Below, piece by piece: positions 39,024 to 49,177 of a stretch of DNA of 64,000 bases. The position numbers were made by a program, and so were the translations under genes. Each line of letters starts with the position of its first letter. The stretch's first letter is position 1. Below the pieces are notes generated by a model, which was not told the origin of the DNA, did no database searches, and worked only from the letters and a program-made list of their open reading frames with translations. Source of the DNA: a virus (lineage: Duplodnaviria; Heunggongvirae; Uroviricota; Caudoviricetes); the IMG/VR virus record IMGVR_UViG_2974794945_000001, positions 229,273-293,272 of that record; one strand, 5' to 3'.

Positions 39024-39511
39024 TGCTCGACATTAAGAATTACAATTCTCTCAAGAACACTAACAGCGGTACTGTTGTGGGTATTCTTCGTGGGTTTGGT
39101 TTTGTTGTCAACGATAACAAAGTTCTTGCATTGCAGGAATACAAAAATCGCCTTGAGGTATTGGCGATGAGTGTGCGTTTGCGTACTGCTGGCAAAACCA
39201 GCAATGCTGAACTTAAAGCACATATTGCAGCGTTACAAGAAGTGATCGATACCTTAGTTGATAAAGAAGGTACGTCGTATGCATACGTTGTTAAAACGCT
39301 GCGTCGTAAAATCAATCACATCAACTATATCTTTACCGATCTTCAAGAACTGGATAGTTTGGTAAAAGACTTTCAGTTGGTAAATCCTATGGTGAGTCTG
39401 ACTGTAGCCGGTGCCAACGCTTTGCATCAAGAAATGCATGGCCTGGACGGTTACATTGAAGATGTCATTCAAGAACTTAATGATAGTGTACTTGCAGTTA
39501 GTCCTAGTTAG
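39023..39511 (+). CDS. hypothetical protein (162 aa)
   Basis: ORF. Confidence 0.55.
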   Translation: MLDIKNYNSLKNTNSGTVVGILRGFGFVVNDNKVLALQEYKNRLEVLAMSVRLRTAGKTSNAELKAHIAALQEVIDTLVDKEGTSYAYVVKTLRRKINHINYIFTDLQELDSLVKDFQLVNPMVSLTVAGANALHQEMHGLDGYIEDVIQELNDSVLAVSPS

Positions 39512-39528
39512 GGCTAAAGGATATCAAA

Positions 39529-39810
39529 ATGAGCGTTAAGCTAATCAAGCGTGGCAATGCATGGGTAACGGAATTCCTTGGCAAAGAGCGTCACTTTATT
39601 GTTGATTCAGACTTGGTCACTTGGCGCTCCCTTGGTGTTCTTACTGGGGCTGCTGTAGAGTTTAGTATTGACCTGGGTGGTTCATTGGAGCACGTGCGTA
39701 ATCTCTTGACGGGGGAAGAACTTTCAGAGTTGGAAATCCCATCAGGTCACACCGTAGCAAGAATGATAAAAGCAACTAAGCTGTATGTTAACGGGGATTC
39801 ACATGCCTGA
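39529..39810 (+). CDS. hypothetical protein (93 aa)
   Basis: ORF. Confidence 0.5.
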   Translation: MSVKLIKRGNAWVTEFLGKERHFIVDSDLVTWRSLGVLTGAAVEFSIDLGGSLEHVRNLLTGEELSELEIPSGHTVARMIKATKLYVNGDSHA

Positions 39811-40216
39811 TGTAAGTGTTGTACATTTGTTGATTTTGTTTGGGGTGCTGCTATTAGTAGCATGGGGATTCTTGACGTGGATCTGTAAGCCCGTCATGGT
39901 AATTACCTTTGACAATGTTGAAATCACTACGCATTATGGTGCAGACCGCATTGTGGAGCGAACTGAGCTTGATTCTCCTTGTGGGGGTAAAAGTCTCAGT
40001 GCTGGCATGAACGACTTCTACATTACCATTACAGAGGGCATTGTCCGATACCATACTCCTGGGGAAGCAGCACTGTTGACCCCAATCTTACGTAGCTCTG
40101 AAGATATTCTTTTCTTCCGACTGCAAATTCGAGTAGTAGGTAAACGCATCACTCGTTTTGAGCCAACCAATTTGTCCAAACCTTTGGCCCGGTTAGCTTG
40201 GAGTAAAGTAGCGTAG
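39803..40216 (+). CDS. membrane-anchored protein (137 aa)
   Basis: ATG 39803; TM VVHLLILFGVLLLVAWGFL. Confidence 0.5.
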   Translation: MPDVSVVHLLILFGVLLLVAWGFLTWICKPVMVITFDNVEITTHYGADRIVERTELDSPCGGKSLSAGMNDFYITITEGIVRYHTPGEAALLTPILRSSEDILFFRLQIRVVGKRITRFEPTNLSKPLARLAWSKVA

Positions 40217-40244
40217 TATCGTTAACGTTTCTAAGGAACGCAAC

Positions 40245-40706
40245 ATGTCAGAGAAATTGAATGCTGGGCAATTCCCGGTATTGCAACGTAACAATAACGC
40301 TAACCTGTTTGTGCAGCATCAGCAGTCCATGCCGCAACGCGTCACTCTACCTAACGGGGATCTGGCTGAAACGGGTTATGTAAAAGTAACAGGTTCCGAA
40401 TCTATTGATCTGTACGCGTTGTGTCAGAACAATGGTAACAGTAAGACTTTGTCAGTAAAAGCTATTGCCTATGTTGATGAAGGTGATAACTTGCAAGTTC
40501 ATCCTATCGCTCGGATGAAACCGTCAGAACTAAAAGATCCGGCATATACCGCTAAAGGTAAAACCCTTATTGAAATTGGACATGTGACTAAGTTGGTTGG
40601 ATTGCGTTGGGGCTTTAATCTCAAGCTTGATCCTAAAACTGGTTACTGCACAATCAGCGTAGATCGGGAATCCCCGATTGTCGGTTTGAAATTACAGTTT
40701 GATTAA
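40245..40706 (+). CDS. hypothetical protein (153 aa)
   Basis: ORF. Confidence 0.55.
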   Translation: MSEKLNAGQFPVLQRNNNANLFVQHQQSMPQRVTLPNGDLAETGYVKVTGSESIDLYALCQNNGNSKTLSVKAIAYVDEGDNLQVHPIARMKPSELKDPAYTAKGKTLIEIGHVTKLVGLRWGFNLKLDPKTGYCTISVDRESPIVGLKLQFD

Positions 40707-40709
40707 ACA

Positions 40710-40735
40710 GAGTCCCTTCGGGGACTCGTTTATGT
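40710..40735 (+). terminator. terminator hairpin gagtccc-ttcg-gggactc + gtttatgtt
   Basis: 7-bp stem. Confidence 0.55.
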
Positions 40736-40744
40736 TCCAAAAAA

Positions 40745-40768
40745 TCACAGCTCTATATCACTTAGAAG
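40745..40768 (+). promoter_or_regulatory. promoter-like box variant cacagCTCTATATCACtt
   Basis: Variant of CTATATTAC, 40 nt upstream of ATG 40808. Confidence 0.35.
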
Positions 40769-40807
40769 TATAGACTGCCTGCTATACACAACAAGGGGAT
40801 TTAAAAA

Positions 40808-41092
40808 ATGTTTAGTAAACTTATCGGTTTGGCTGTACATGGCATTGCTGCTTCTAAAGTAGAGCCAGGAATGATTCTTACAGCGGCACGCGATATTTTT
40901 CAGACTATCATTGATCGCAATGGTAATCATCACGAAATTGCTTATGCTAACGAAGGTGACCAAATCCGTGTTGAACACTCTGATGACGTACGTCCGGGTG
41001 AACTGTTTGTATGTACTAACATCGATAACTTTGAAGAAGTTGCTTCGGTAAACCCACATGACCTTGATGATGTTTTGAAGGAATACACTTAA
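40808..41092 (+). CDS. hypothetical protein (94 aa)
   Basis: ORF; gggga RBS. Confidence 0.5.
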   Translation: MFSKLIGLAVHGIAASKVEPGMILTAARDIFQTIIDRNGNHHEIAYANEGDQIRVEHSDDVRPGELFVCTNIDNFEEVASVNPHDLDDVLKEYT

Positions 41093-41442
41093 TGCTTGAT
41101 TTTGACAATCTAAAAGAATACATTGAACAAGTCTATCGTGTTCGCATGGATCAATCTTTCTTAGAAAAAGAAGCTCCTGCGTTAACGTATTTGAAGCTTG
41201 TTCGTGTATTGAGTTTTCTGCGCATTCAGCCAGTTGGCATGACAGCAGAAGAAATTTTTGCTGATGCTGTTCGTGAAGAACGCAATTGGGGTGGCAACAG
41301 TCCATCGCCAGAAACCCGCACGGTATTGCTTTATCAATTGGCTGATCTTCACGAGATCATTGAACTCCTCATTCGCAAATCGGAAGTAAAGAAAAATGAC
41401 TCTTTCAGCGCAGAGCTCTGGAGCAACGACATTAACAGCTAA
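41092..41442 (+). CDS. INS/INT-tail family member I (ends ..AELWSNDINS)
   Basis: ORF; same C-terminal motif as members A-H. Confidence 0.5.
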   Translation: MLDFDNLKEYIEQVYRVRMDQSFLEKEAPALTYLKLVRVLSFLRIQPVGMTAEEIFADAVREERNWGGNSPSPETRTVLLYQLADLHEIIELLIRKSEVKKNDSFSAELWSNDINS

Positions 41443-41455
41443 AGAAGATCTAATC

Positions 41456-41605
41456 ATGACTGGTCCTAACGATGAGCAAATGGTCATCGCTAAGAAAGGG
41501 GATGTATTAGAACTGGTTGTTGATGCCGGTGAAGTATATGAAGTTAAAACCAGCTCTGGTGTTTTCTTTTATACTCATCGCGATAAGGTTATACTGGCCT
41601 CTTAA
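41456..41605 (+). CDS. small protein (49 aa from ATG 41456)
   Basis: ORF 41396..41605 trimmed. Confidence 0.4.
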   Translation: MTGPNDEQMVIAKKGDVLELVVDAGEVYEVKTSSGVFFYTHRDKVILAS

Positions 41606-41629
41606 ATCCAATGTGATTATGGAGGCGGT

Positions 41630-41965
41630 ATGTTTAGAACTGAAGCAAAGTCATACTCGTGGTCTTCGACGGTACATGGTCGAGGTGCACGAAGTGTGTT
41701 GGTTACACAGGGGACTTATGTAATCGATCATATTTCCAGTGGTTGGTTTATTGTGGGTACATCTCGTACTGTCAGTGCTGACGTTGACAAGCAAATTGCT
41801 TTGTTGAAAGCAGGCCGACATCCTAATCGGAAGCTGCAACAACAATACGCTTGGGAGCCCGACGTTAAGTTAATTGAGTTCCCGTTAGATACAGCCAAAC
41901 AATCTAAAAAGGTTGAAGCTGAAATCCGTAGCACTAATGATACGGACTATTGTCTTTTAAACTGA
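41630..41965 (+). CDS. hypothetical protein (111 aa)
   Basis: ORF; ggagg RBS. Confidence 0.55.
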   Translation: MFRTEAKSYSWSSTVHGRGARSVLVTQGTYVIDHISSGWFIVGTSRTVSADVDKQIALLKAGRHPNRKLQQQYAWEPDVKLIEFPLDTAKQSKKVEAEIRSTNDTDYCLLN

Positions 41966-41974
41966 GGGTGAGTA

Positions 41975-42595
41975 ATGCTTTCGTATACAAACATGCATTC
42001 CAAAGATGGTATTGCTGAGTTGAAGTTGATTGCTGTTGAAACCATCCGAGATTCGCTGGGTGATTCCGAATGGGAATTCATTCGCACTGATCAGGATATG
42101 GATTTCCCTTCACTGCATGCCACCATTGGTTGTGTACGTAATGGCAATCCCGATATTGTCATGGGGTTCCAAGCAGCGCCTGTGTCGATGGGGACTATGC
42201 GCGAGCTGGTAAGTAACATGGTTGCATACCTGGCATGGAATAAAGAGTTTGTATCGGGTGATGTTGATTTAATTGATTACACCACTTTCCTTTTACAGCA
42301 TCGTGGTTATAAAGATGCTGCTCCATTAGAAGCAACTGATCGTATTCATTTTCGAGAGATCGATGCGCAACGTTGGTTTGCAGGTCAGGGTTGGCAACAT
42401 GCCACCTACTACACTGCAGATGAACGTAAGAATGCACGTTTCCTTCAGTTTGTAATGTCCGACCTAAACGGTCTTATTCCAGGCGAAGAAGGTTATTCGG
42501 GTATTAAACAAATCATGCTGTCGGCTGAACCATTTGGTAAAGCGGACAAAGTAACAACCCCAGTGAGTGCGGAACGTGCTCGCTATTTAAACTGA
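41975..42595 (+). CDS. hypothetical protein (206 aa)
   Basis: ORF. Confidence 0.55.
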   Translation: MLSYTNMHSKDGIAELKLIAVETIRDSLGDSEWEFIRTDQDMDFPSLHATIGCVRNGNPDIVMGFQAAPVSMGTMRELVSNMVAYLAWNKEFVSGDVDLIDYTTFLLQHRGYKDAAPLEATDRIHFREIDAQRWFAGQGWQHATYYTADERKNARFLQFVMSDLNGLIPGEEGYSGIKQIMLSAEPFGKADKVTTPVSAERARYLN

Positions 42596-42602
42596 GGTTC
42601 AG

Positions 42603-42857
42603 ATGTCAGATCGTGAATTTGAGGTTCGTGAGTTCGTCCGTTTGAATGTTGACGTGATGATTAACAAACCAGGTGCTGGCCAAGTACTTTACGCACCGGC
42701 TGGTACAATTGTGCAAGTCATGTCGTATGACCCAAGCTTGGATGCTAAGTATGGTGTACGCGCACCACGCGAGCCGTACCGTAATGCACCTGTCACCGAA
42801 GCAATGATGGCTAAGTTACCTGAGGGTTATGTCTATGCCGAGCCCGTGGGACTATAG
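42603..42857 (+). CDS. hypothetical protein (84 aa)
   Basis: ORF. Confidence 0.5.
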   Translation: MSDREFEVREFVRLNVDVMINKPGAGQVLYAPAGTIVQVMSYDPSLDAKYGVRAPREPYRNAPVTEAMMAKLPEGYVYAEPVGL

Positions 42858-43227
42858 AGACGACCAACGGCGAGGGGTTATTCCACCAAGACGGTATTAC
42901 ATTGTTTTGGTGGATGAAAACCTTACTCCAGTTTATACTTACTCACGTTTAGTGGGTAAGTTTTATTCTCGTGTGAAGTCAACTCGTAAAGCCCTCTTCA
43001 TAAAAACTGAAGAGCCTCATGAAAGAATCTATTTTGATCAGTACAACTATGCACGATATGCATTGATTGAAATAGGTAAGACTCCTGTTAGTTTAGATGT
43101 CCCAGTGGGACAGTACAACTTGCAAATTCGTGAAACCAATTCGGACGAACCCGTAGCGGTTCTTCCTTACTACGTAGTGAAGGAAGTAAAGTATGCCCCA
43201 GAGCGAACCAAAAGTGTTGGACATTAA
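42829..43227 (+). CDS. hypothetical protein (132 aa)
   Basis: ORF. Confidence 0.5.
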   Translation: MSMPSPWDYRDDQRRGVIPPRRYYIVLVDENLTPVYTYSRLVGKFYSRVKSTRKALFIKTEEPHERIYFDQYNYARYALIEIGKTPVSLDVPVGQYNLQIRETNSDEPVAVLPYYVVKEVKYAPERTKSVGH

Positions 43228-43591
43228 GTTGTTCAATCAATCAACCCATTACTACCGTTTGGTGGTTCAAGGTAAAGACGTATCCATTACCTCAAATGCC
43301 GAATCGCAAGACTTCAACGCCTATACCCGCCTGGCTGCTGATAATGGGCGTACCATTGAAGACGAATCCATTACTGGTATTGCCTGCCTGGGTAACCAAC
43401 ATCCGTCCGCAGTAGTGCGCGATATGTTGCGCGTGGTTAAGTGGGACAAACAAACCCTTAAAGAATACTCGATGTTTACCATTGGGGATTTCTTGATTAC
43501 CACCGACAAAGCAATTTACTTTGCTGTCAATGGCGATTTGGTTGAACGCGATCTGTGCTATGGTCTGGATCAAGTTCGAGGCTTGGGTTAA
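43193..43591 (+). CDS. hypothetical protein (132 aa)
   Basis: ORF. Confidence 0.5.
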   Translation: MPQSEPKVLDIKLFNQSTHYYRLVVQGKDVSITSNAESQDFNAYTRLAADNGRTIEDESITGIACLGNQHPSAVVRDMLRVVKWDKQTLKEYSMFTIGDFLITTDKAIYFAVNGDLVERDLCYGLDQVRGLG

Positions 43592-43887
43592 TGCACGTAG
43601 TCCGCGTATGCCGCGATCGGATGGGTGATGATCCCATTGGACAAGTCTGTGAGGCTTCTAAGGTTAAACGTCTGCTATGGTGTCCTAAGGGCACCAGCAA
43701 CACCATTGCTGACACTGCCGACTACCATGTAGGTATGATGATGGCAATGGGTTACGTTAATGAACCTGAAGAGCTTTCTAAGTTCTTGCGTAAGCTTAAG
43801 CAACCGGCAGGTGAATACTACGTCATGTTGTGGAATGTCACACGACGTAGCTCCGATGCAGTGTTTGAGTTTGATTTTAAGGGGTAG
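43591..43887 (+). CDS. hypothetical protein (98 aa)
   Basis: ATG 43591 overlapping the TAA. Confidence 0.5.
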   Translation: MHVVRVCRDRMGDDPIGQVCEASKVKRLLWCPKGTSNTIADTADYHVGMMMAMGYVNEPEELSKFLRKLKQPAGEYYVMLWNVTRRSSDAVFEFDFKG

Positions 43888-43910
43888 GCCTTCGGGCCTG
43901 CTTTATTTTG
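43885..43910 (+). terminator. rho-independent terminator
   Basis: gtaggcc-ttcg-ggcctgc + tttattttg; same as 19250. Confidence 0.65.
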
Positions 43911-43924
43911 TCTTAAGGAAAATT

Positions 43925-44464
43925 ATGAACAATTACGTCGCTTTAAAATGTTTTTTGTTACTGGTAATAACTTTCTTTATTCCCGATTTTTCCCGTATTG
44001 TTTTTCCTAGCTCTGCCGATTACTTTAGTCGGGGGGTTCTGTCATTTACAATACTGTTCATTATGGTAACTGCAGTTTTTACATATCCTGCATTCTTTGC
44101 CAAAAAGTATTATCGCAAATTTACGTTAGATGGCGTAACATTAGTTAACCGAGAATTGTTTTGCAGTTACACTGAACGGATGTCTGTTATTGCAAACGGT
44201 TCATTTGAATTTCCAATGGATGTAAAAGAATTCTGGATTGACCTAGAAGAAACCTCTGACGGAGAATATATCCAAGGGGGAACTGTATTTGAATTGGTTC
44301 CTAAGTTCCATTTGAATTTACATAAAGTTTCTTTTTATGACCAAACTGATCTGTTAAAAGTTACCATTGATAAAGATGGTTTTGTTAAGGTCGAATATAA
44401 AACTAACCAGCCCATGGTGGAAGGCTCTGCCCAATGGGAAATCTCCGAGGTTTATGCAAAATGA
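43925..44464 (+). CDS. multi-pass membrane protein (179 aa)
   Basis: ATG 43925 after the terminator; three or more hydrophobic helices. Confidence 0.5.
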   Translation: MNNYVALKCFLLLVITFFIPDFSRIVFPSSADYFSRGVLSFTILFIMVTAVFTYPAFFAKKYYRKFTLDGVTLVNRELFCSYTERMSVIANGSFEFPMDVKEFWIDLEETSDGEYIQGGTVFELVPKFHLNLHKVSFYDQTDLLKVTIDKDGFVKVEYKTNQPMVEGSAQWEISEVYAK

Positions 44465-44880
44465 ATACCCAACAGTTTTATGTTGTCGAAGTAACACGTA
44501 AAGTCGACAACATGATCTTTATGTTGATTGGCTACCATTCGCATGATCCCATGGATACCTGGCAATTCGAACCATTACGTCAGTACAACGAAATGTCACT
44601 GTGGTCTAAACTGCAAACCATGACTAAGTTGGGTGATCACCAAGATCACAATAAATGGCTGGTTGATTTTGTAATCCCGGCCATGCGTCAAGCAGCAGTG
44701 AGCCATCCAATTCATCCGGATGTTACTCCACAAGCTGTGCAATCACATCTGTTAACTATCTACAAAGTTGATTTGATGGCAAGTTTAAATCTACGTTTCA
44801 AACCAATGTTGTGCCAGACATTTCATTTGTCGGGTGAACCCTTTACTGGTGCAATAAAACAAGGATACTGTAATGAGTAA
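44461..44880 (+). CDS. hypothetical protein (139 aa)
   Basis: ATGA overlap. Confidence 0.5.
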   Translation: MNTQQFYVVEVTRKVDNMIFMLIGYHSHDPMDTWQFEPLRQYNEMSLWSKLQTMTKLGDHQDHNKWLVDFVIPAMRQAAVSHPIHPDVTPQAVQSHLLTIYKVDLMASLNLRFKPMLCQTFHLSGEPFTGAIKQGYCNE

Positions 44881-45235
44881 CAAAACAATCGTAGAAACCC
44901 GCGTTGAAACTAAAGATGCCAAACTTGCGCGACTGCGTAAAGAATACATCTTGGAACATTGGCCACGGTTTGTAGAACTCTTTCCGGGCATGCCTGGTTA
45001 TCGTGGTGATGGCCCATTTGAACAAAAAGCTTTGGAGATTCTGGAGCTAAGTAAAGAAGCACAAGTTTCTATTACTGGTCAGAATTGGGACCCTGAAGAT
45101 CTGGATACATTAAACAATCGTCCAGCTAAAGACTTTATTAAGCATATCCGTTCTAACTACAATCGCATTAACCTGGGTAACCAGTGGCGTGTAGTGCGTG
45201 ATCAGTATTTGCTGGATAGTCGAATTGCCGCATAA
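44873..45235 (+). CDS. hypothetical protein (120 aa)
   Basis: ORF. Confidence 0.55.
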   Translation: MSNKTIVETRVETKDAKLARLRKEYILEHWPRFVELFPGMPGYRGDGPFEQKALEILELSKEAQVSITGQNWDPEDLDTLNNRPAKDFIKHIRSNYNRINLGNQWRVVRDQYLLDSRIAA

Positions 45236-45236
45236 A

Positions 45237-45262
45237 GGGCTACCCTGCGGGGTAGCTTTATT
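45237..45262 (+). terminator. terminator hairpin gggctaccc-tgcg-gggtagc + tttatt
   Basis: Variant of the ggctaccc hairpin family. Confidence 0.55.
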
Positions 45263-45274
45263 ACGTTAAACGGA

Positions 45275-45691
45275 TTGCTAATGAATCATCAACATTACCT
45301 GACCCATGTGTATCCAATGTATCAAGCTTATTTTCCAGGAGGGATTTATTATCGTTATAAATCACCTATGGTTGAAAGGTTAGAAGCACTCTACCGGGCG
45401 GCTGAAGTTTTGATTAACCATGCAACTGATTTGGGATGTAGCCATTTAGGTTTACCCAATAGTGACGTGCGTTTTAATGCAGTTACTTTATTAGAGCGTG
45501 TGCTCAATCATCATTGTCCCTTGAATGACCGAAAGAAATGGTTGGCTATTTGTAAAGAACATAATGTTCAGCATTTGGTTAATACCTGGAGTCTTGGGAC
45601 TAGTAAACATGACGTAGCTAACTGGGCTGAATTCCGGGCTGCTTTAAAACAGTTTCTGAAGACCAAGCGAACGAATAGTTTAGAGGAATAA
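45275..45691 (+). CDS. hypothetical protein (138 aa)
   Basis: ORF. Confidence 0.55.
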   Translation: MLMNHQHYLTHVYPMYQAYFPGGIYYRYKSPMVERLEALYRAAEVLINHATDLGCSHLGLPNSDVRFNAVTLLERVLNHHCPLNDRKKWLAICKEHNVQHLVNTWSLGTSKHDVANWAEFRAALKQFLKTKRTNSLEE

Positions 45692-45700
45692 GATGTGGCA

Positions 45701-46054
45701 ATGACGTCTCAAGAAAAAACCCAAATGGCTAAGTTTCCTAGCCCATCTGGTCCCAAATACAAACCGTGGTACATGGCTAATGGAAACACACATGTTTCTA
45801 CTGTGGACATGTTTGACACTGACCGCAAACAAAATGCTTTCATTATTACGGTGTACAGCTATCTAAATAAGAAACAAGAACTGATTGAAGAAATCATTCG
45901 TGTAGTCCATCTTGGACCCATCACTAAAGACATCGTTGATGAGTACTTGAAAGAAAAAGGCATACCCATTTATTACCGGGAATTCAAACGTGAATGTATC
46001 AATCGAGAATCGGTTGAGTTAATCATAAAACGTTTAAAAGCTTTAGTTTCATAA
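45701..46054 (+). CDS. hypothetical protein (117 aa; track start GTG 45695)
   Basis: ORF; gagga RBS. Confidence 0.5.
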   Translation: MTSQEKTQMAKFPSPSGPKYKPWYMANGNTHVSTVDMFDTDRKQNAFIITVYSYLNKKQELIEEIIRVVHLGPITKDIVDEYLKEKGIPIYYREFKRECINRESVELIIKRLKALVS

Positions 46055-46085
46055 GTCATCAATTTGATAGGGTAGTAGATCTGTA

Positions 46086-46547
46086 ATGACGACAATTAAA
46101 GAACATGCTATTGCTAAGTTGCATGTAATGGCGGAAAACCCAGAATACATCGAATACCTTACTGTCAAGTTTCCTGAGTGGATGTCACATTCCCCAGGTG
46201 GCTTGAACTATCTACCAAATGTCTTTCCTAATCGACTAACCCGTGTACGTCGTTGGATGGATGCAACAATTGAAATCATTCGCGAATCTCAACGTCTGGG
46301 GATTGGTTTGAATGGTTACCCTGCACCAATGCCACCACCAGGTAGCATGGAAGAACCTGCTGTCTTTTATTCAGTAGCCGGTAAAATCCGTGATGCTCGT
46401 AAAGGCTGGAAAAATCACATGCGTCTGTTAGATTTCGTTCCTTGTGATGACCTGTGGCGTTGTGAAGATGCCCGCAGTGGTGCATGGGAAAAAGAATGGA
46501 AAGAGTTCCGTGAACTTGTCTATTCTGAATACGGAATAAAAAACTAG
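46086..46547 (+). CDS. hypothetical protein (153 aa)
   Basis: ORF. Confidence 0.55.
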   Translation: MTTIKEHAIAKLHVMAENPEYIEYLTVKFPEWMSHSPGGLNYLPNVFPNRLTRVRRWMDATIEIIRESQRLGIGLNGYPAPMPPPGSMEEPAVFYSVAGKIRDARKGWKNHMRLLDFVPCDDLWRCEDARSGAWEKEWKEFRELVYSEYGIKN

Positions 46548-46592
46548 AGTCATCCATTAAATGACCCTTTTAACTTAACCATAGGTAGAACA

Positions 46593-46802
46593 ATGTTACA
46601 GAAAAAGCAAGAAGTTATCCTTAAGCAAACTTTGGCAGTTAACGCACTTAAAGGGCGTTCTCGAATTGTTCTGGGTAATGAAGGTGACAAATTCTCAGTG
46701 GTAGCGCCACATGAGAACCTGGCTGGGTACTACTACATGCGTGGTACCAATCCAGAGTGTCCACCAATGTCAGTTCTACACTTCACTGAAGTTGTGGCAT
46801 AA
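46593..46802 (+). CDS. hypothetical protein (69 aa)
   Basis: ORF. Confidence 0.5.
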   Translation: MLQKKQEVILKQTLAVNALKGRSRIVLGNEGDKFSVVAPHENLAGYYYMRGTNPECPPMSVLHFTEVVA

Positions 46803-46804
46803 TT

Positions 46805-46833
46805 GCAGCCCTACGGGGCTGCTTTATTTTGTT
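46805..46833 (+). terminator. rho-independent terminator
   Basis: gcagccc-tac-ggggctgc + tttattttgttt. Confidence 0.65.
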
Positions 46834-46845
46834 TGGGGAATCTCA

Positions 46846-47124
46846 GTGAAAAGTAAGGCAACCTGTTTCTTTGCAGCTTGTTTTGTTATTGGCTTTACAG
46901 CATTAGCTATTAATGCTTGGAACACATACTACCCAGAATACGTTCCGGGTTTGCCACACGCAGAAGAAGAACATCAAGAAAAAGTAATTGCCATGATTCA
47001 AGGGCGCGTCAGTTATAAAGCATCCTGCATTATGGGCGAACGAGAACTTGATGTCATTTACGGTAAGATGGTGTATGATTGCGAAAAGATTGCTCAACAA
47101 GTCTACGCATATCCAGATGTTTGA
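46846..47124 (+). CDS. secreted/membrane-anchored protein (92 aa, GTG start)
   Basis: Hydrophobic N-terminus KATCFFAACFVIGFTALAINA; ORF track start 46711 lies inside the upstream gene and terminator. Confidence 0.45.
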   Translation: MKSKATCFFAACFVIGFTALAINAWNTYYPEYVPGLPHAEEEHQEKVIAMIQGRVSYKASCIMGERELDVIYGKMVYDCEKIAQQVYAYPDV

Positions 47125-47127
47125 ATA

Positions 47128-47154
47128 CATCTGAAATCTATATCATCTCTTTGA
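47128..47154 (+). promoter_or_regulatory. promoter-like box variant catctgaaatCTATATCATct
   Basis: Close copy of the 2164 box, 22 nt upstream of GTG 47176. Confidence 0.4.
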
Positions 47155-47175
47155 CACTTACATTAGGGGTAGAAA

Positions 47176-47844
47176 GTGGAACTAGTTAAAACCAATCGTG
47201 ATATCGCCCGTGGTATCCTACGTCGTTACATGGCCGATTTTTCGAATCAGCGCACACCACCTAAATCAGTAGAGGGTGGTTTTTATGCTATCCTGATGAC
47301 TGACACTGGTGAAGTGTGGTTGTCTGAATGTGGTAGCTTTAAAACAACAATTACCCGTTTCTACAGCAAGACTACAGTACAACCAGATTGCATTACAAAA
47401 GCACGTGCTCGTGGTGCACAACTGGAACTTTGGTTTTTGACTCAACCACAACGTTTCTCCGCTCAAGCATTAGAAAACGAATTGTTTGAAGCCGACCTAT
47501 TGGCTTCACGCAAACAAATCAATAAAGAGGGCTCTGGTTTTCTTTATGTTATTCGTCATCGCAGTACTTTGGATTATTTTGTTGTAACCGATCGACAAGG
47601 AATTGTGGAATCTACAATCCTTAGTAACTTCTACACCCGTTTGGCAAGTATGCGTGGGAACGTACACAATACCAAATTAAGTAAGTTTGTAACTGAACAA
47701 GCTTCCGACATCCTGAATCAACGCAACTTCGACATCGTACGTCTGGGAACATTCCTGGACAAAGAAGATGAATGGCTGAAACGTCAGCTGTATATCGATG
47801 GTTGCACGTCAGGTGAAAACTTGAACTTACGTTCGGTGGATTAA
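47176..47844 (+). CDS. hypothetical protein (222 aa, GTG start)
   Basis: ORF. Confidence 0.55.
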   Translation: MELVKTNRDIARGILRRYMADFSNQRTPPKSVEGGFYAILMTDTGEVWLSECGSFKTTITRFYSKTTVQPDCITKARARGAQLELWFLTQPQRFSAQALENELFEADLLASRKQINKEGSGFLYVIRHRSTLDYFVVTDRQGIVESTILSNFYTRLASMRGNVHNTKLSKFVTEQASDILNQRNFDIVRLGTFLDKEDEWLKRQLYIDGCTSGENLNLRSVD

Positions 47845-47920
47845 GTAATACTTGGCCTTATTATTTGGTGAGCGAATTGTCTCAACCAGAACTCTCAAAT
47901 AATCAAAAGGCCAAGTATTC

Positions 47921-48571
47921 ATGAGTGCACATATCGTCGAGGTTCATGACGTCATTAAGATCCTGCTAAAACGGATTGAAAATTACACCGTCAACAAACA
48001 GTACGGCGAGGGAAACATTCCTCACCTATGTATAAAAGTAAAGCATAACAATGGTTTTGCATGGTTTGGTGTTCACATTTTGGAAGCACCTGCCCAGAAC
48101 TGGTCAATTGAAATTCGTGATCAGATCGAAAAAGAAATTCAAGAAGGTCTTAATAAGATCTGCGACATCCAGGAACTAGTTACGGACATGCCTCGTTTGA
48201 TGGATTCAATATCAGACGTAGTATCATCACGCAAACGTCCCACCATCTTTGGTGGGATGGGTAATGATCTGCTACAACTTCACATGGAAGGCAATGTGCA
48301 GCTTGACGTGTATCGAAATGATCGTAATCCAGATACTCTGTCTTATGGTGGGTTTGAAGGTGAACTCATGTTGAATGGTCGTTGGTATACCTTCTTCCTG
48401 TATCATCGTGGTGTCATCCTTTATAACTACATCGACAGCGAAATTGCTGTTAACATGATCCGTCGTGCGCTTACTCGCCAGTTCCCTGAAATCTTTGATG
48501 AAGATGATCTGGACTTTGTGCAAGTTGATCGCTCGGTAGATCGTACGCGGAACAAACGTCGGGAGGCATAA
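47921..48571 (+). CDS. hypothetical protein (216 aa)
   Basis: ORF. Confidence 0.55.
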   Translation: MSAHIVEVHDVIKILLKRIENYTVNKQYGEGNIPHLCIKVKHNNGFAWFGVHILEAPAQNWSIEIRDQIEKEIQEGLNKICDIQELVTDMPRLMDSISDVVSSRKRPTIFGGMGNDLLQLHMEGNVQLDVYRNDRNPDTLSYGGFEGELMLNGRWYTFFLYHRGVILYNYIDSEIAVNMIRRALTRQFPEIFDEDDLDFVQVDRSVDRTRNKRREA

Positions 48572-49005
48572 TGTCCCAGCTAGTGGTTGTAGATATAGCA
48601 CCGATAGAGCAGCCATTAGATTTTCCTCGTTTGTCTGGGGAATCGTTGACCTGCTTAGAGTCCTACGCAGACAAGGTTACTGATCTATACACCATTCGTC
48701 AATACGGGTATCACCCTGAATACGGGGCGACTATCTTTGAGATCATCATTGATTGGGGAGTAAACTATGTTCCTCCAAAACCGCAGAGTGCGGAGATAGG
48801 GGAATCAGTTCCATTTGATGATCTAACAAAGGCTCTAATGAAACTGCAGAGACAGTACGAGATAATCTTAGAAGCAAACTGTCAGGTTGTGCGCCACGAG
48901 GGCCGGATTACTCGGTGTTCATTTAAGCCTAAAGGCGAATATCGAGAAGCCCCAACCAATTTAGACTGGTTGCTTGAAGATCCTCCATTACGAGATCCCG
49001 TTTGA
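48571..49005 (+). CDS. hypothetical protein (144 aa)
   Basis: ORF. Confidence 0.55.
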   Translation: MSQLVVVDIAPIEQPLDFPRLSGESLTCLESYADKVTDLYTIRQYGYHPEYGATIFEIIIDWGVNYVPPKPQSAEIGESVPFDDLTKALMKLQRQYEIILEANCQVVRHEGRITRCSFKPKGEYREAPTNLDWLLEDPPLRDPV

Positions 49006-49177
49006 TTTAAGAAAGTGTACAACTATATATGTGGTTATACTGCATGTGTTGTTTTCCTTTTCTTGAAGCTCTTTAACAACTTAGTGTTTAACGACTAGCA
49101 GGGTTAGATTCCCTTGCACCTCCTAGGCGTCTTTCATCGACTGATGCCGCACCTGGGTTGCCAGGCGCAATAATATT

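Noticed and set aside
40745-41305. 186-aa minus-strand ORF inside the plus-strand block
   Set aside because: Overlaps two co-oriented plus-strand genes (40808..41092 and 41092..41442) that have a promoter box, RBS and a family-conserved C-terminus. No supporting signals on the minus strand. Likely a spurious antisense ORF.
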